Shown here in pieces: positions 1 to 10,143 of a stretch of 53,349 nt of DNA. The notes under the pieces are model-generated. The model made no database searches and was not told the origin of the DNA. It saw only the letters and a list, made by a program, of their open reading frames with translations. Location of the stretch: NCBI GenBank assembly GCA_964631035.1, contig CAZVVX010000001.1:1-53349 (forward strand), in the 5' to 3' direction. The stretch's first letter is position 1, and the number at the start of each line of letters is the position of its first letter. The stretch comes from an uncultured Candidatus Saccharibacteria bacterium. Lineage in GTDB: Bacteria > Patescibacteriota > Minisyncoccia > Phycocordibacterales > PALSA-1337. The position numbers and the translations under genes are program-made.

Positions 1-100
1 CAATAGTATTAGTAAGCTCCAACATACGGTCGGCTAAAGTTGACTTACCATGGTCCACATGTGCCATTATAGAAAAATTGCGAATTTTACTTTGATCCAT
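1..100 (-). CDS. lepA: Elongation factor 4 (LepA), N-terminal fragment truncated by window edge
   Basis: Minus-strand ATG at 100..98 reads [33 protein letters not shown]. This is the translational GTPase G1 motif AHVDHGKST in the LepA-type context IRNFSI(I/M)AH. Absent from the ORF track only because it runs off the window. Confidence 0.8.
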   Translation of the reverse strand, partial: MDQSKIRNFSIMAHVDHGKSTLADRMLELTNTI

Positions 101-920
101 ATTTTTTATTTTGCCTTTCATTAATGTTTTTTAAACAAATTTCCATATCTTTCCTTCTTTTATTGTGTCGAATTAATGGTAATAACATTTTAATGAAGCA
201 CATTAAGGATACCATATCATTAATATTCAACCTCCACAAATCATTATTTAATGGATAATTACCTTTCCATACATCTCCCTTTTTATAGATTCTACGAAAT
301 TTAGCATTTATTCCCTTTGAAATTAGCCATTCTGAAATAAAAGAGAGTATATCAACATCGTATGAATCTACTTTGAATCTCGCCCTACCTTGATTTAAAA
401 TAAAATTTGCCTCTGCATCTACATATCCAGCAATAAAACTCGGAATTAGTTCGTCATTTTCTTTAATCCAATCCCAAGCTTCATTACTTTTAGGTAGCAA
501 GAAACTAAAAGTGCTATTTAAGAAACAATTTACATGATAATCTCCATTATTGAATGATACAGTTATCTTACCGAATGGACTAAAAAGATTCTCAATTATA
601 CTCACTTGGTCACTTTGAGTTGTGTGGCAACGAACAACTATTGTTTGAGATTTTGGACTTGGTTTATATACATTTAAATCACCAATACGAAAAGCTATCA
701 TATAGGCTTTATTCATAAGATTATTATCAAAATTTATTCTTTTGGTATGTATACGAGCAAAGGCTGGATCTTTAGTTTTAATTTTAAACTCCTTTAAACG
801 GTTCCTAATCGTTATACTATCACAATCGAAAATCTTACCGATCTTTTTTGGAGTTAAATTCTTATCTATATATAAGTGCCTTAATTCTTCAGCGTTAATA
901 TTTATTTTCTTTCGCCCCAT
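87..920 (-). CDS. Free-standing LAGLIDADG-type homing endonuclease with N-terminal HTH-like region
   Basis: 277 aa. Two LAGLIDADG-like motifs ([13 protein letters not shown] and [13 protein letters not shown]) about 100 aa apart. N-terminal [24 protein letters not shown] looks like an HTH. Its 3' end overlaps the lepA start by 14 nt. Confidence 0.7.
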   Translation of the reverse strand: MGRKKININAEELRHLYIDKNLTPKKIGKIFDCDSITIRNRLKEFKIKTKDPAFARIHTKRINFDNNLMNKAYMIAFRIGDLNVYKPSPKSQTIVVRCHTTQSDQVSIIENLFSPFGKITVSFNNGDYHVNCFLNSTFSFLLPKSNEAWDWIKENDELIPSFIAGYVDAEANFILNQGRARFKVDSYDVDILSFISEWLISKGINAKFRRIYKKGDVWKGNYPLNNDLWRLNINDMVSLMCFIKMLLPLIRHNKRRKDMEICLKNINERQNKKYGSK

Positions 921-975
921 ATGTAATTATATTGTAATATACAACTACATCTTTGTGCAATCATACTAAATTAAA

Positions 976-1671
976 TTAATTCCTAACTTTATATTCTAAT
1001 AGTAAATATGAATCATTTAGTGGTTTAGCATTAATAAGTTCCAAAGTTTTAATTTTCGATAGATCCATTTTTGAGTGTAATGATTCACCATCCATAAGTG
1101 ATGAAGTATTTTTTCCACCTATAAGTGCAGGTGCAACTACTAACAATATCCTATCAACAAGTCCTTCTCTTACAAGAATTGAATTAAGAGTTCCACCTGA
1201 TTGAATTGTTATTCTTTCAATTAAAAACTCTTCTTTAAGTCTAGAGAAAAGATTTTTAAAATCAATTTGATCTTTATATAATATAATCTCTAAATTAGAA
1301 TGTTCCTTCTTAAGATTTGAGGCTGGGTGCAAAAAGTTTGTAGTAATAATAATTACTTTTTTAGATTTTTTGGCAAGATAGATTAAACCACTTTGAGTTA
1401 AGTGTGGCTCATTATCTACAATAATATAGGTTACTGGTGATTTATTTGGTTCATCAGTTCTATTATTAATTCCAATCTTAGCAAACACCCTTCCAGTATT
1501 AAAAGAGAAGAGATCTGTTTGCATTTCTAAATCATAGTACTGTTGGAGACCTTCTTTAAGTCCAGAGATATGCTTGTAATCATTATCAACATCGAGTAGA
1601 TCATTATCTCCAGTGGAAATCTTACCATCAAGTGATGTAAGCATAAATAATGTTGTATACGGTCTATTCAT
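976..1671 (-). CDS. RibD C-terminal domain / dihydrofolate reductase-like family protein
   Basis: 231 aa. N-terminal TLFMLTSLDGKISTG and C-terminal GGTLNSIL...VAPALIGG are typical of the RibD_C/DHFR-like reductase fold. Confidence 0.6.
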   Translation of the reverse strand: MNRPYTTLFMLTSLDGKISTGDNDLLDVDNDYKHISGLKEGLQQYYDLEMQTDLFSFNTGRVFAKIGINNRTDEPNKSPVTYIIVDNEPHLTQSGLIYLAKKSKKVIIITTNFLHPASNLKKEHSNLEIILYKDQIDFKNLFSRLKEEFLIERITIQSGGTLNSILVREGLVDRILLVVAPALIGGKNTSSLMDGESLHSKMDLSKIKTLELINAKPLNDSYLLLEYKVRN

Positions 1672-1691
1672 ATTATTTTATTATACAGTAA

Positions 1692-3371
1692 TTATAATGT
1701 TTCTTGATCTGGCACAACCACATTTGATTTCCAGAACTTATGATGCAGAGTAGCCCAAACTTCCTTGATCTCCCTATTCTTCAAAAGAATGAGTACAATT
1801 ATTCCAATAAATATACCGGTAATTCCAGCAAAGAATCCTTGGAAAAACACATTCCATGCTTTTGTAAGAGGGAAAAATATATTAAAGAATCTCAAAGATA
1901 AGAAAGTGACATAGCCCATGATCACAGATGAAGCAAAACTTTGGAAAAGAGTAACCATTACTGGTTTAGTAAAACCTTTATAATCATTTTCAAACATATG
2001 CCAATGCATATAAGTATTAAATAGAACACCAATAGAATATGCTAATGGTAGCACAAGAACACTTGTTCCAACTTGACTATTTACCTTCAATAGATCTTCA
2101 ATAAAAAATCTGAATACTGGAAATGCAAAAAAAGCCTTGGTTAGACCATATCCAAGAGCAACGATAATCATTCCAGAAGTGATATTTATTATAAGCGGTT
2201 TCTTAGTCTTACCTTCTGCATAATAGGCACGAACAAATAATAATATTAAGCTTTGTCCAATAATCGAAACAACAAACACAGCCAAAGTAGCGGCTGTTAA
2301 TCTAGTATCCGCCCAATCAAAACTTCCTGCTCCATATATAGTTCTCACAATCTGAGCTCTAAGAACAATAAATAAAATCATTATTGGCATTGACCAGAAT
2401 ACAATATGTCTTGCTGAATCGATCATTTGCTTTAAGAATTCTTCTCTTTTCTTTTCAACAAAAAATCTAGATAATGTTGGGAAAACAGCAGATGAATAAC
2501 TCATACCAATGATAGTCATCGGTACCGATTGTAAATTTATAGCCAAATTAAATATAGAAATAGATCCGCCACTCATAAGTGATGCTAAAGACACAAGAAA
2601 GAAAGAGGCTAGCTGATTTGATGATAAAGTTAATGTTCTAGGTAATGATACAAAAACCACCTTCTTTATAGAAGACCAATCAATATCTAACCTTATATGT
2701 GGAAATGTTCCTCTACTGAGTATAAATGGAACCTGAATCATAAAATGCATAAAAGCACCTAAAACAACTCCATATATAAGTCCATTTAACCCACATATAG
2801 GATATAAAAAAACAATTCCAACAATAATTCCAATATTATAGACAATAGGACTAAGAGCATATATTAGAAATCTCTTATGCATTTGAGTGATACTAGATAT
2901 AAAATTAGAAATACCCAAAAATATTGGCGATAACAGCAATACTCTGCTTGCAAATATTAGATCATTGAGATATTTACTATCAGCAAAACCAGGTAATAAT
3001 AATTTAGTTAAATCTGGTATCAAGAAATATATTATTATACTTACAGCAATAATTAGAAAGAAAAAAGCTGAAAAGACTGAATCTATAAATTTCTGTCCAT
3101 GGTCCCTATCGTTTTTATACCTATCAATGAAGAATGGTACAAGCACAGAAGCTGATACCAAAGATGCAATTGATACAAATATCAAATCTGGTATTCTGAA
3201 AGCTGAATAATATACATCCAAGACAACTCCTGCACCAAAATTATATGCTAGTAGCTTATCTCTAACTAGAGCTAAGATTTGAGATAACAGTGCAAAAAAA
3301 GCAAGAAGATACGCAGCCTCGTGGAGTCCGCGTATTTCTTGATTTACCATACTAAAGAATCTCTTAACCAT
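1692..3371 (-). CDS. murJ: Lipid II flippase MurJ (MviN family)
   Basis: 559 aa polytopic membrane protein. N-terminal LSQILALVRDKLLAYNFGAG..LDVYYSAFRIPDLIF matches the MurJ/MviN signature region. Confidence 0.8.
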   Translation of the reverse strand: MVKRFFSMVNQEIRGLHEAAYLLAFFALLSQILALVRDKLLAYNFGAGVVLDVYYSAFRIPDLIFVSIASLVSASVLVPFFIDRYKNDRDHGQKFIDSVFSAFFFLIIAVSIIIYFLIPDLTKLLLPGFADSKYLNDLIFASRVLLLSPIFLGISNFISSITQMHKRFLIYALSPIVYNIGIIVGIVFLYPICGLNGLIYGVVLGAFMHFMIQVPFILSRGTFPHIRLDIDWSSIKKVVFVSLPRTLTLSSNQLASFFLVSLASLMSGGSISIFNLAINLQSVPMTIIGMSYSSAVFPTLSRFFVEKKREEFLKQMIDSARHIVFWSMPIMILFIVLRAQIVRTIYGAGSFDWADTRLTAATLAVFVVSIIGQSLILLFVRAYYAEGKTKKPLIINITSGMIIVALGYGLTKAFFAFPVFRFFIEDLLKVNSQVGTSVLVLPLAYSIGVLFNTYMHWHMFENDYKGFTKPVMVTLFQSFASSVIMGYVTFLSLRFFNIFFPLTKAWNVFFQGFFAGITGIFIGIIVLILLKNREIKEVWATLHHKFWKSNVVVPDQETL

Positions 3372-3389
3372 GAATTAACACAGTATATA

Positions 3390-5783
3390 CTATTTTTGGA
3401 TTTTGGTCTTTGTTGTATCAACTGTTTTCTCCTTGACTGGCAAAGTCTTTCTTTGTTCTGGCTTATTATCTACAGGTGGCTTAACGTCTGCAAATGGTGA
3501 CTTGCCTGTGCGTAGATTGTTTAGAATAAATTGAACTTCTTGATTGTCAGAATTTGTCTCTAGTATCTTCTCAAATTGTTGAACAGCATCAATGTTCTTG
3601 CCTAATCTAGCATATGAAAGACCCAAGAAATATCTTGCATTTGCATATTGATCATTTAGTGAAATAGCCTTTGATAGCGCCTCTACTGCAGCAGTATAAT
3701 TTTTGTCATTATACTGTAGGAACCCTAACTGAAAGAATAGAAGTGGATCGTTTGGATTTATTTGTGATGCAACTTGAACTGAAGTAATAGCATCTTTTAT
3801 CTTACCCTGACTTACTTGTATTTGAGCAAGTAGGAATATTGCATCAATATAATCTTGCTTTAATTGTAAAGCATTACCTATATATCTCTGTGCATCTACT
3901 GCATTATTTTTTGAAGCTTCGAGTTTAGCTAGATTTAGATATAGTCCAGGATTATATGGATTAAGATTGATTGCATTTACATAAGATAATTTTGCATTTT
4001 CATATGCATTCGGTATTTGTAGCGTTGAAGCAAGTTCAGATATTCTTGCTAAAGCAATATGATTATAATGATTTGTTGGATCTATTTCAATTGCCTTTTT
4101 TGAATAATTAACAGACTTCTCTATTAATTCACCTATTGATTTTACCTGTTCCTGATCGGGAGTTTTTGAATTCTGAATTTTTTGAGTTAATTCATTAATT
4201 TTTAATATATTAACCTCTGATAGAGCTTGGTAGAATATATCTGAATCATCCCATGATATTGCCTTTTTGAACTTATTTTCAATATTATCTATTTTTTGAA
4301 TACCAGAAGAACTTAATTCTCTAATACCACTATTGAAATAAGCTAATGCAACTGTCTTTTTTATTTGTGAGAATGACCAAACAAATAGAATTATTATTAA
4401 TAAACTTGCTATAACAGTGGTATATTTCTTTATTTCAAATGTTTTAATAAACATTCTTGAAGCAGATACCGAGACAAATAAACCAGTAATTATAAAGACT
4501 GTAAATAATATGAAGTGTGATGGATTATATAAGAATAATATTATCCATAAAAATCCAGTTAGAAAGAATGTGGAAATAACTGTGAATCTACCTGATTCAT
4601 TGTTTAGCTCCCTTAAATTCTTTATACCAGCAATGAATAAGAATACTAATAGCAATAACCACGAAATAAGACCGAATACGCCATTAGTTATTACAAAATT
4701 CGGAATATAGCCTGAACCATTATTGAACTCAACATTCCAGAAAATAGTTTGATTCAATATTTGAGGCTTATTTAATAAGAATTCTGATACAAATCTATTT
4801 GGACCTGCACCAAACAATGTCTTATTTTTTATCACATCAGAAGCTATATCAAGTGAAAGTTGCCATGGAAGATTAATCTCTGATGACTGAATCTTCATTG
4901 ATTTTATTAGTGGCAAGACAATACTTGATCCCCAAACCATCAAAACAATTGAAACTACAAGCAAAACTAAGGTTGGAACTGATATTTTGCTGGTTGAACC
5001 TGATTTTTTTTGAAATCTATAATTATAAATACCGAAGCCTAGAAAACATAATGCCAATAATAACCACATTATTGGACTATTTACCAAAACAACAAAGATA
5101 AAGGATAGTACAAATAAAGCCCAAATATATATCCTCTTAATCCCCTTCAAATCAGTTAAGTTGAGAGTGAAGAATGTTATCAATAGTACTAATGCAGAAA
5201 ATACTCCCAAATCACTCCATTTACCAATCAAAGAAGATGCCGGAGAAGCGAATATACCAAAACTTAATAAAGTAGAATCAAACAATCTTACTATATGAAA
5301 TATCATCAATAGAACAAAAGTAACTAATATAGAACTATAAAGATAATATAATCTTTCCTTATTCTTATATACAAGTTGTATAACTAAGAATGAAGCTAGA
5401 AACATTAATAAAGTGAAGCTAGTTGTTGTTAGTTCAAAACCTTGTCCAAATAATGATTTACTGAAATTAGAACTGAAAAATGTTGATACTATTGTTGATA
5501 TAACAACCAGAGATGCACCATACAATATTGGATGATTTGGTAAGTAGATCGTCTTTTTATTAAATAATGCCAATGTGTAGAAAATTCCTGATAATAAAAC
5601 TCCTATTGATATTATTGTTGCTTTAATTCCATCAAGTGGTGACTGACTAGTGGTACTAAAAGCGATAGCAGATAATATAATAGTTATAAGCAAGATGATT
5701 AACGATAATTTCTCAAACTTAGTACTTGTTATATTCAATTCTGAACCACCCTGCTCAGGATTATTTAGATTTTGTATGTCCAT
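3390..5783 (-). CDS. O-antigen ligase (Wzy_C)-like polytopic membrane protein fused to C-terminal TPR repeats
   Basis: 797 aa. About 470 aa of repeated TM helices, followed by multiple 34-aa TPR-like repeats (A..Y..A...P.N......LA pattern). Confidence 0.6.
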   Translation of the reverse strand: MDIQNLNNPEQGGSELNITSTKFEKLSLIILLITIILSAIAFSTTSQSPLDGIKATIISIGVLLSGIFYTLALFNKKTIYLPNHPILYGASLVVISTIVSTFFSSNFSKSLFGQGFELTTTSFTLLMFLASFLVIQLVYKNKERLYYLYSSILVTFVLLMIFHIVRLFDSTLLSFGIFASPASSLIGKWSDLGVFSALVLLITFFTLNLTDLKGIKRIYIWALFVLSFIFVVLVNSPIMWLLLALCFLGFGIYNYRFQKKSGSTSKISVPTLVLLVVSIVLMVWGSSIVLPLIKSMKIQSSEINLPWQLSLDIASDVIKNKTLFGAGPNRFVSEFLLNKPQILNQTIFWNVEFNNGSGYIPNFVITNGVFGLISWLLLLVFLFIAGIKNLRELNNESGRFTVISTFFLTGFLWIILFLYNPSHFILFTVFIITGLFVSVSASRMFIKTFEIKKYTTVIASLLIIILFVWSFSQIKKTVALAYFNSGIRELSSSGIQKIDNIENKFKKAISWDDSDIFYQALSEVNILKINELTQKIQNSKTPDQEQVKSIGELIEKSVNYSKKAIEIDPTNHYNHIALARISELASTLQIPNAYENAKLSYVNAINLNPYNPGLYLNLAKLEASKNNAVDAQRYIGNALQLKQDYIDAIFLLAQIQVSQGKIKDAITSVQVASQINPNDPLLFFQLGFLQYNDKNYTAAVEALSKAISLNDQYANARYFLGLSYARLGKNIDAVQQFEKILETNSDNQEVQFILNNLRTGKSPFADVKPPVDNKPEQRKTLPVKEKTVDTTKTKIQK

Positions 5784-5840
5784 ATAATAACTAAAACTTA
5801 TTAATAAATAATATAAAATTACCTAGTAAGTATAGCAAAC

Positions 5841-5868
5841 AAATAACCTCCGGTTAAGGAGGTTATTT
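5841..5868 (-). terminator. Hairpin immediately 3' of RNase P RNA
   Basis: AAATAACCTCC-GGTTAA-GGAGGTTATTT gives a perfect 11-bp stem. On the minus strand it is followed by GTTTG. It abuts the P1 3' strand of rnpB. Confidence 0.5.
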
Positions 5869-6240
5869 GATATTACATATCTATAAGCCGAGTTCTGTAT
5901 CTATCTTGCGATAGACGACAATCATTTATCTGGGAGTTAAGTTGCCTTAACCCTCTAGCGGCACTCCAATAGTATTACTACTAATGGCACGGCCTTGCAT
6001 TGAAGTAAGGATTTTGCCGTTGCACTCATAAAATTACCTTTATGATTTATCCACAAAAGTGGATACCCTGCCCTTTCGAGCTGTCTAATTAAAGACGGGC
6101 GTCACTGTTCGCACCTCGCATCTCACGATGGATGGGTGTTACCCACTACTATTCTGCAAAATTTCTTTTGCCAATGCTCGGACTTTCCTCTATTAATATA
6201 CTTACGCATATCAACAGCAATTGTCTGATATGTAATATAT
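5869..6240 (-). ncRNA. rnpB: RNase P RNA, bacterial type A
   Basis: The minus strand contains GAGGAAAGTCCGAGC (complement of 6176..6190), AGTGCAACGGCAAAATCC, GCAAGGCC and CCCAGATAAATGATTGTCGTC...ACAGAACTCGGCTTATAG (complement of 5881..5898). All are collinear with E. coli M1 RNA conserved blocks. P1 pairing is ATATTACATATC (6238..6227) with GATATGTAATAT (5881..5870). The region is locally GC-enriched and has no ORF. Confidence 0.9.
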
Positions 6241-6275
6241 ACTATACAATAAAATACTAATAAAAGCAATATATA

Positions 6276-7301
6276 TTACTCTCCTGAAGCTATATTGTCT
6301 TTCTTCTCTTCTGGCTTCTTACTAGAATGTGCATGTGAATCGACCTCATAACTTGTATTCTGTGCTTCGAAGAAATTAACTAATTCATATACATCTGTAG
6401 CTGTACTCATCCATTTTGCTGGATTTGTAACATTGTAGAACTTAGGAAAGCCTAATTCTTCTAATCTCCTATCTGCAACATATTTTACATATTGATTCAC
6501 ATACTCAGCATTTAATCCTAGAATTCCGTTTGGAAATAGATCCTTATTGTATTCTATTTCACAATTCACACCCTCAATTATAATATTTCTAATGTCATCA
6601 GCGAAATCTGGTGTAAGTAGACTTTGATTCTCTTCTAGAATATTCTGTATAAGATTCATACCGAATTGTAGATGTAAACTCTCATCTCTAAGTACCCAAT
6701 TTATCATTGAGCCGAAATTTCTAAGTTGCTTTCTTTGTCTGAAAGATAGAACAACCATAAATCCGGAATAGAACCATATACCCTCCATCACAATATTTGT
6801 AGCAACAAGATTTCTAATAAAGTCCTTCTTGCCTTCTATTGTCTCTACATCAAGAGTTGTCAAAGTCATTCTCTTCATGTATTTGTTTATATAATCCTCC
6901 TTTGCCTTCATTGAAGGGACATTCAAGTGATGATCAAATACCTTCTCTCTATCAAATGGAAATGTCTCAAGTACATATTCAAAAGCAACACAGTGATTAG
7001 CCTCTTCCCACATTTGTTTTGCAAGATATAGATGACATTCTGGAGATTTGAGATATGGATATATTCCAAGAGCAATTGACCTATTTACTATCAATTCTGC
7101 TGGATTAAAGAATGCCATAAGAAATTCAACCGCATGTCTCTCATCATCTGTCATATTTTTCCAATCATCCAAATCTTCTTTTAGAGTTATTTCATGTGGA
7201 AACCAAGTATTTCTAACTGCTTGATTGTAGAGATTATAAGCCCATTTATATTTGATGGGATGCAAACTTGTATCTTCGGGTGCAGCTTTACCTAAAAGCA
7301 T
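6276..7301 (-). CDS. nrdB: Ribonucleotide reductase class I beta subunit (R2) with class Ic-type signature
   Basis: 341 aa ferritin-like R2. Metal ligand motifs: FFNPAELIVN, WEEANHCVAFEY, VMEGIWFYSGF, VLRDESLHLQF. Phe occupies the radical Tyr position (H+4) and Glu the first Asp ligand position. Confidence 0.9.
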   Translation of the reverse strand: MLLGKAAPEDTSLHPIKYKWAYNLYNQAVRNTWFPHEITLKEDLDDWKNMTDDERHAVEFLMAFFNPAELIVNRSIALGIYPYLKSPECHLYLAKQMWEEANHCVAFEYVLETFPFDREKVFDHHLNVPSMKAKEDYINKYMKRMTLTTLDVETIEGKKDFIRNLVATNIVMEGIWFYSGFMVVLSFRQRKQLRNFGSMINWVLRDESLHLQFGMNLIQNILEENQSLLTPDFADDIRNIIIEGVNCEIEYNKDLFPNGILGLNAEYVNQYVKYVADRRLEELGFPKFYNVTNPAKWMSTATDVYELVNFFEAQNTSYEVDSHAHSSKKPEEKKDNIASGE

Positions 7302-7340
7302 AGTGTATTAAATTATTATTCTAGTAAAATCGACTAAATA

Positions 7341-10010
7341 TTATTGACAACTATCACACTGAGCACGAAGAGCTGGATCTACTGGGCATACATTTGCAGC
7401 TGAATCGTTTGATGTCTTTTTAATTGATGCCACTGCAATCTCAGGAGAAGAAACAGATGAAGCAACTGATGCAAAAGCTGGTACAGAAGTCGTAGAAGTA
7501 ACCGATGCAATGATTGGTGCGGTGATTGGAACTTCAATAGGAATTTGTACTGGAATCTGTATTGGAGTAGGATTTGAAATCGTCTGTATTGGTGTATTGA
7601 TTACTATTTCATCATCTTTTTTAGCTGAAGCTACGGCTGCAAATCCTCTTTTGCCCATTTTCTCTGCCTTATTTACCTTGACTGTACTCTGTTCAGCAGT
7701 ATGTCTCGGCTTCATATGAAGATAATATGTAGATTTTAGACCCTTTTTCCATGCTGTTTTGTAAATATCCATTGTCTCATCTAGATCTCTTGTTTCAAGA
7801 TACATATTTCTTGAAAGAGCCTGATCAACCCATTTCTGAGCTCGTGCTGCTACCTCAATATAAGCATATGGTGATGTTGTAAAGGAAGTTTTGTAAACGT
7901 CTTTTATGTGTTGTGGTATTTCTGATATTCCTGATATATCTCCTTGATTCTCAACAATAGCTTCTCTTACCTTCTCCCATATTCCCATATTTCTCAAATC
8001 CTTAACCAAATTATGATTCAAATCTAGATACTTGCCTGAAATTTTATTTCTAGAGAAAATCTGTGCAAATCTTGCATCAATTCCTGGAGTTGTACCTACC
8101 ACTAGTCCAATATTTGCATTTGGAGCTACTGCCATCAAAGTTGCATTTCTCATACCTTTCTTAACCTTCTGTCTTAACATATTCCAATTCAAACCTTTAT
8201 GTTTGCTCTGAACATCGACAGTAACTGGTATACCACGAGCATCAGAAAGCTTCTGAAGGGTGTCTATTGGAACACGGCCCTTTGACCATTCTGATCCAGC
8301 AAAATTCTTGTATGGGCCTCTCTCTAAAGCTAGATTTGCACTTTCATCTATTGCCATATAACTTACGAATTCAAATATCCTATCAGCAAAATCCCAAGCA
8401 TGCTCACTATCATATGGCATACCCAATTGTTCAATAGTATCTGCAAATCCCATAACTCCAAGACCGATTGCTCTATTCTCTCTGTCAGACTTCGCTGCTT
8501 CTGGAATTGGAAGAATATTAATATCGATAAGATTGTCTAATTGTCTTACAGCTAATCTCACACTTTCTTCAAGTCTCATCCAATTTACCTCTTTATTTTT
8601 AATATGAGCTGCTAGATTCAATGAAGCCAAATTACATACTGCGACATTGTCTTTGTCCTGTGGAAGACATATCTCGGTACATAGGTTGGACATATGTATA
8701 GTACCAGTATTATTATTCAAAGCTCTTATATTAATAGTATCCTTCCATACCAACCATGGATGTGAAGTTGACTGTAATGAAACAAGAATTTGTCTGTACT
8801 GTTCTTCTGCAGGAACCTTTTTGAACATATTTAATTCTCCTCTTTCAGCTTTCTCTACATAATATGCATATCTATTACTGAATTCCTGACCATAAAGCTC
8901 ATTTAAATCTGCTGTTTCTGCAGGATCAAACATATACCAATCTCGCTTAGCTTCAACTCTCTTCATAAATTCATCGGAAAGGAATACAGCAGTATTAGCA
9001 GTTCGCATTCTCATATAATCATCACCAGCATTGTGTTTCCAATCAATAAATTCTGGAAAATCATAATGCCAATTCTCCATATAGAAACATAATGCACCCT
9101 TTTTCTTTCCCCCTCTCATAACTGCTCGTATTGCAGTATCAATAATCTTAGCGAATGGTGTTGGGCCACTTGATACTCCTCCAAAATTTGACTTGAGTGG
9201 TGATCCTGTAGCGCGCAACTTTGTTATAGATGCACCAATACCTCCAGAACCCTTTGATAGTAATAATACATCAGAAACTGACTTTGCTATATGGCCCATA
9301 TCATCATGTATCTCTAGTAAATAGCAATTAGAAAGTGCTGGCCGTATTGTTCCTGCACCAAGATTTGTAGAACCACCAGCTATATATTGATGTCGAGACA
9401 TTTTGTCGTAGAATTTCTTGGCATATTCAGTAGGATTCTTCTCATTGTATGACAACCCCATAGCTACTCTCATGAAAAAATACTGTGGTGTTTCAATAGG
9501 TTGCTGTTTCTCATTCTTCATGAAATACCTGTTAATAAGGCCATCTAATCCGGCATATACGAATAATTCATCTCGATCTACATCTATAGATCTAGCAAGT
9601 TCATCTAAATCAAACTTTGATGCCATATCTGGGTGTAACTTATTATCCTTTACACCATTATTAATATAACTAGCAAAAAATTCTCTATGTTTGTTCTTTA
9701 TATTTTGTGGATCTTCCTTGTTATATTCTCCAACAACCTTTCGGTAAATCATTTTCAAAAGCAGTCTTGTTGCAACTTTATCATATTGTATGTCTTCCTT
9801 TATATTCTGTACTGCTGCATTTATAGTGGCTTGATCTAGTTCATCTGTAGTTATTCCATCATACAAAGTTAATTGAGTCTCAGTGGCAATCTGTGTAACC
9901 ATTGCTATTGGATCTACTAGACCAGCACAAGCACGTTCAATAGATCTATTGACTCTATCTGCATTGTGAAGTTCACGACTACCATCTGCTTTTGTAATAT
10001 ATATACTCAT
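7341..10010 (-). CDS. nrdA: Ribonucleotide reductase class I alpha subunit (R1)
   Basis: 889 aa. NLCTEI active-site Cys motif, GLGVMGFAD, STYYLH, and C-terminal Cys residues (CPVDPALRAQCDSCQ). Sits immediately upstream of nrdB on the same strand. Confidence 0.9.
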   Translation of the reverse strand: MSIYITKADGSRELHNADRVNRSIERACAGLVDPIAMVTQIATETQLTLYDGITTDELDQATINAAVQNIKEDIQYDKVATRLLLKMIYRKVVGEYNKEDPQNIKNKHREFFASYINNGVKDNKLHPDMASKFDLDELARSIDVDRDELFVYAGLDGLINRYFMKNEKQQPIETPQYFFMRVAMGLSYNEKNPTEYAKKFYDKMSRHQYIAGGSTNLGAGTIRPALSNCYLLEIHDDMGHIAKSVSDVLLLSKGSGGIGASITKLRATGSPLKSNFGGVSSGPTPFAKIIDTAIRAVMRGGKKKGALCFYMENWHYDFPEFIDWKHNAGDDYMRMRTANTAVFLSDEFMKRVEAKRDWYMFDPAETADLNELYGQEFSNRYAYYVEKAERGELNMFKKVPAEEQYRQILVSLQSTSHPWLVWKDTINIRALNNNTGTIHMSNLCTEICLPQDKDNVAVCNLASLNLAAHIKNKEVNWMRLEESVRLAVRQLDNLIDINILPIPEAAKSDRENRAIGLGVMGFADTIEQLGMPYDSEHAWDFADRIFEFVSYMAIDESANLALERGPYKNFAGSEWSKGRVPIDTLQKLSDARGIPVTVDVQSKHKGLNWNMLRQKVKKGMRNATLMAVAPNANIGLVVGTTPGIDARFAQIFSRNKISGKYLDLNHNLVKDLRNMGIWEKVREAIVENQGDISGISEIPQHIKDVYKTSFTTSPYAYIEVAARAQKWVDQALSRNMYLETRDLDETMDIYKTAWKKGLKSTYYLHMKPRHTAEQSTVKVNKAEKMGKRGFAAVASAKKDDEIVINTPIQTISNPTPIQIPVQIPIEVPITAPIIASVTSTTSVPAFASVASSVSSPEIAVASIKKTSNDSAANVCPVDPALRAQCDSCQ

Positions 10011-10143
10011 ATATAAAAATTAATAATTAAAATTATAAAATTAACTTTGGTGGGAGTAATTTTACCTTAATAGAAAATTTAAAAAAAGGGGGAAAACTAA
10101 AAAAATATAGATAAGATACACAAATATTAAAATGTAAATAGCA

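Noticed and set aside
742-969. Many 60-137 aa ORFs antisense to, or nested in, long conserved genes (e.g. 742..969, 2887..3210, 4417..4710, 7510..7719, 8647..8862, 21088..21309, 22015..22353, 29028..29690, 31134..31798, 36136..36399, 39573..39851, 43296..43878, 47654..48067, 51270..51500)
   Set aside because: They overlap genes with clear homology-type motifs, have low-complexity or Cys/Ile/Phe-rich composition typical of antisense AT-rich DNA, and lack start context. Treated as spurious.
10011-10143. NrdR box or riboswitch upstream of nrdA
   Set aside because: There is only a weak partial palindrome (ACACAAATATT...AAAATGT), with no tandem 16-bp NrdR-type boxes and no GC-rich structured segment. 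Nothing supportable.
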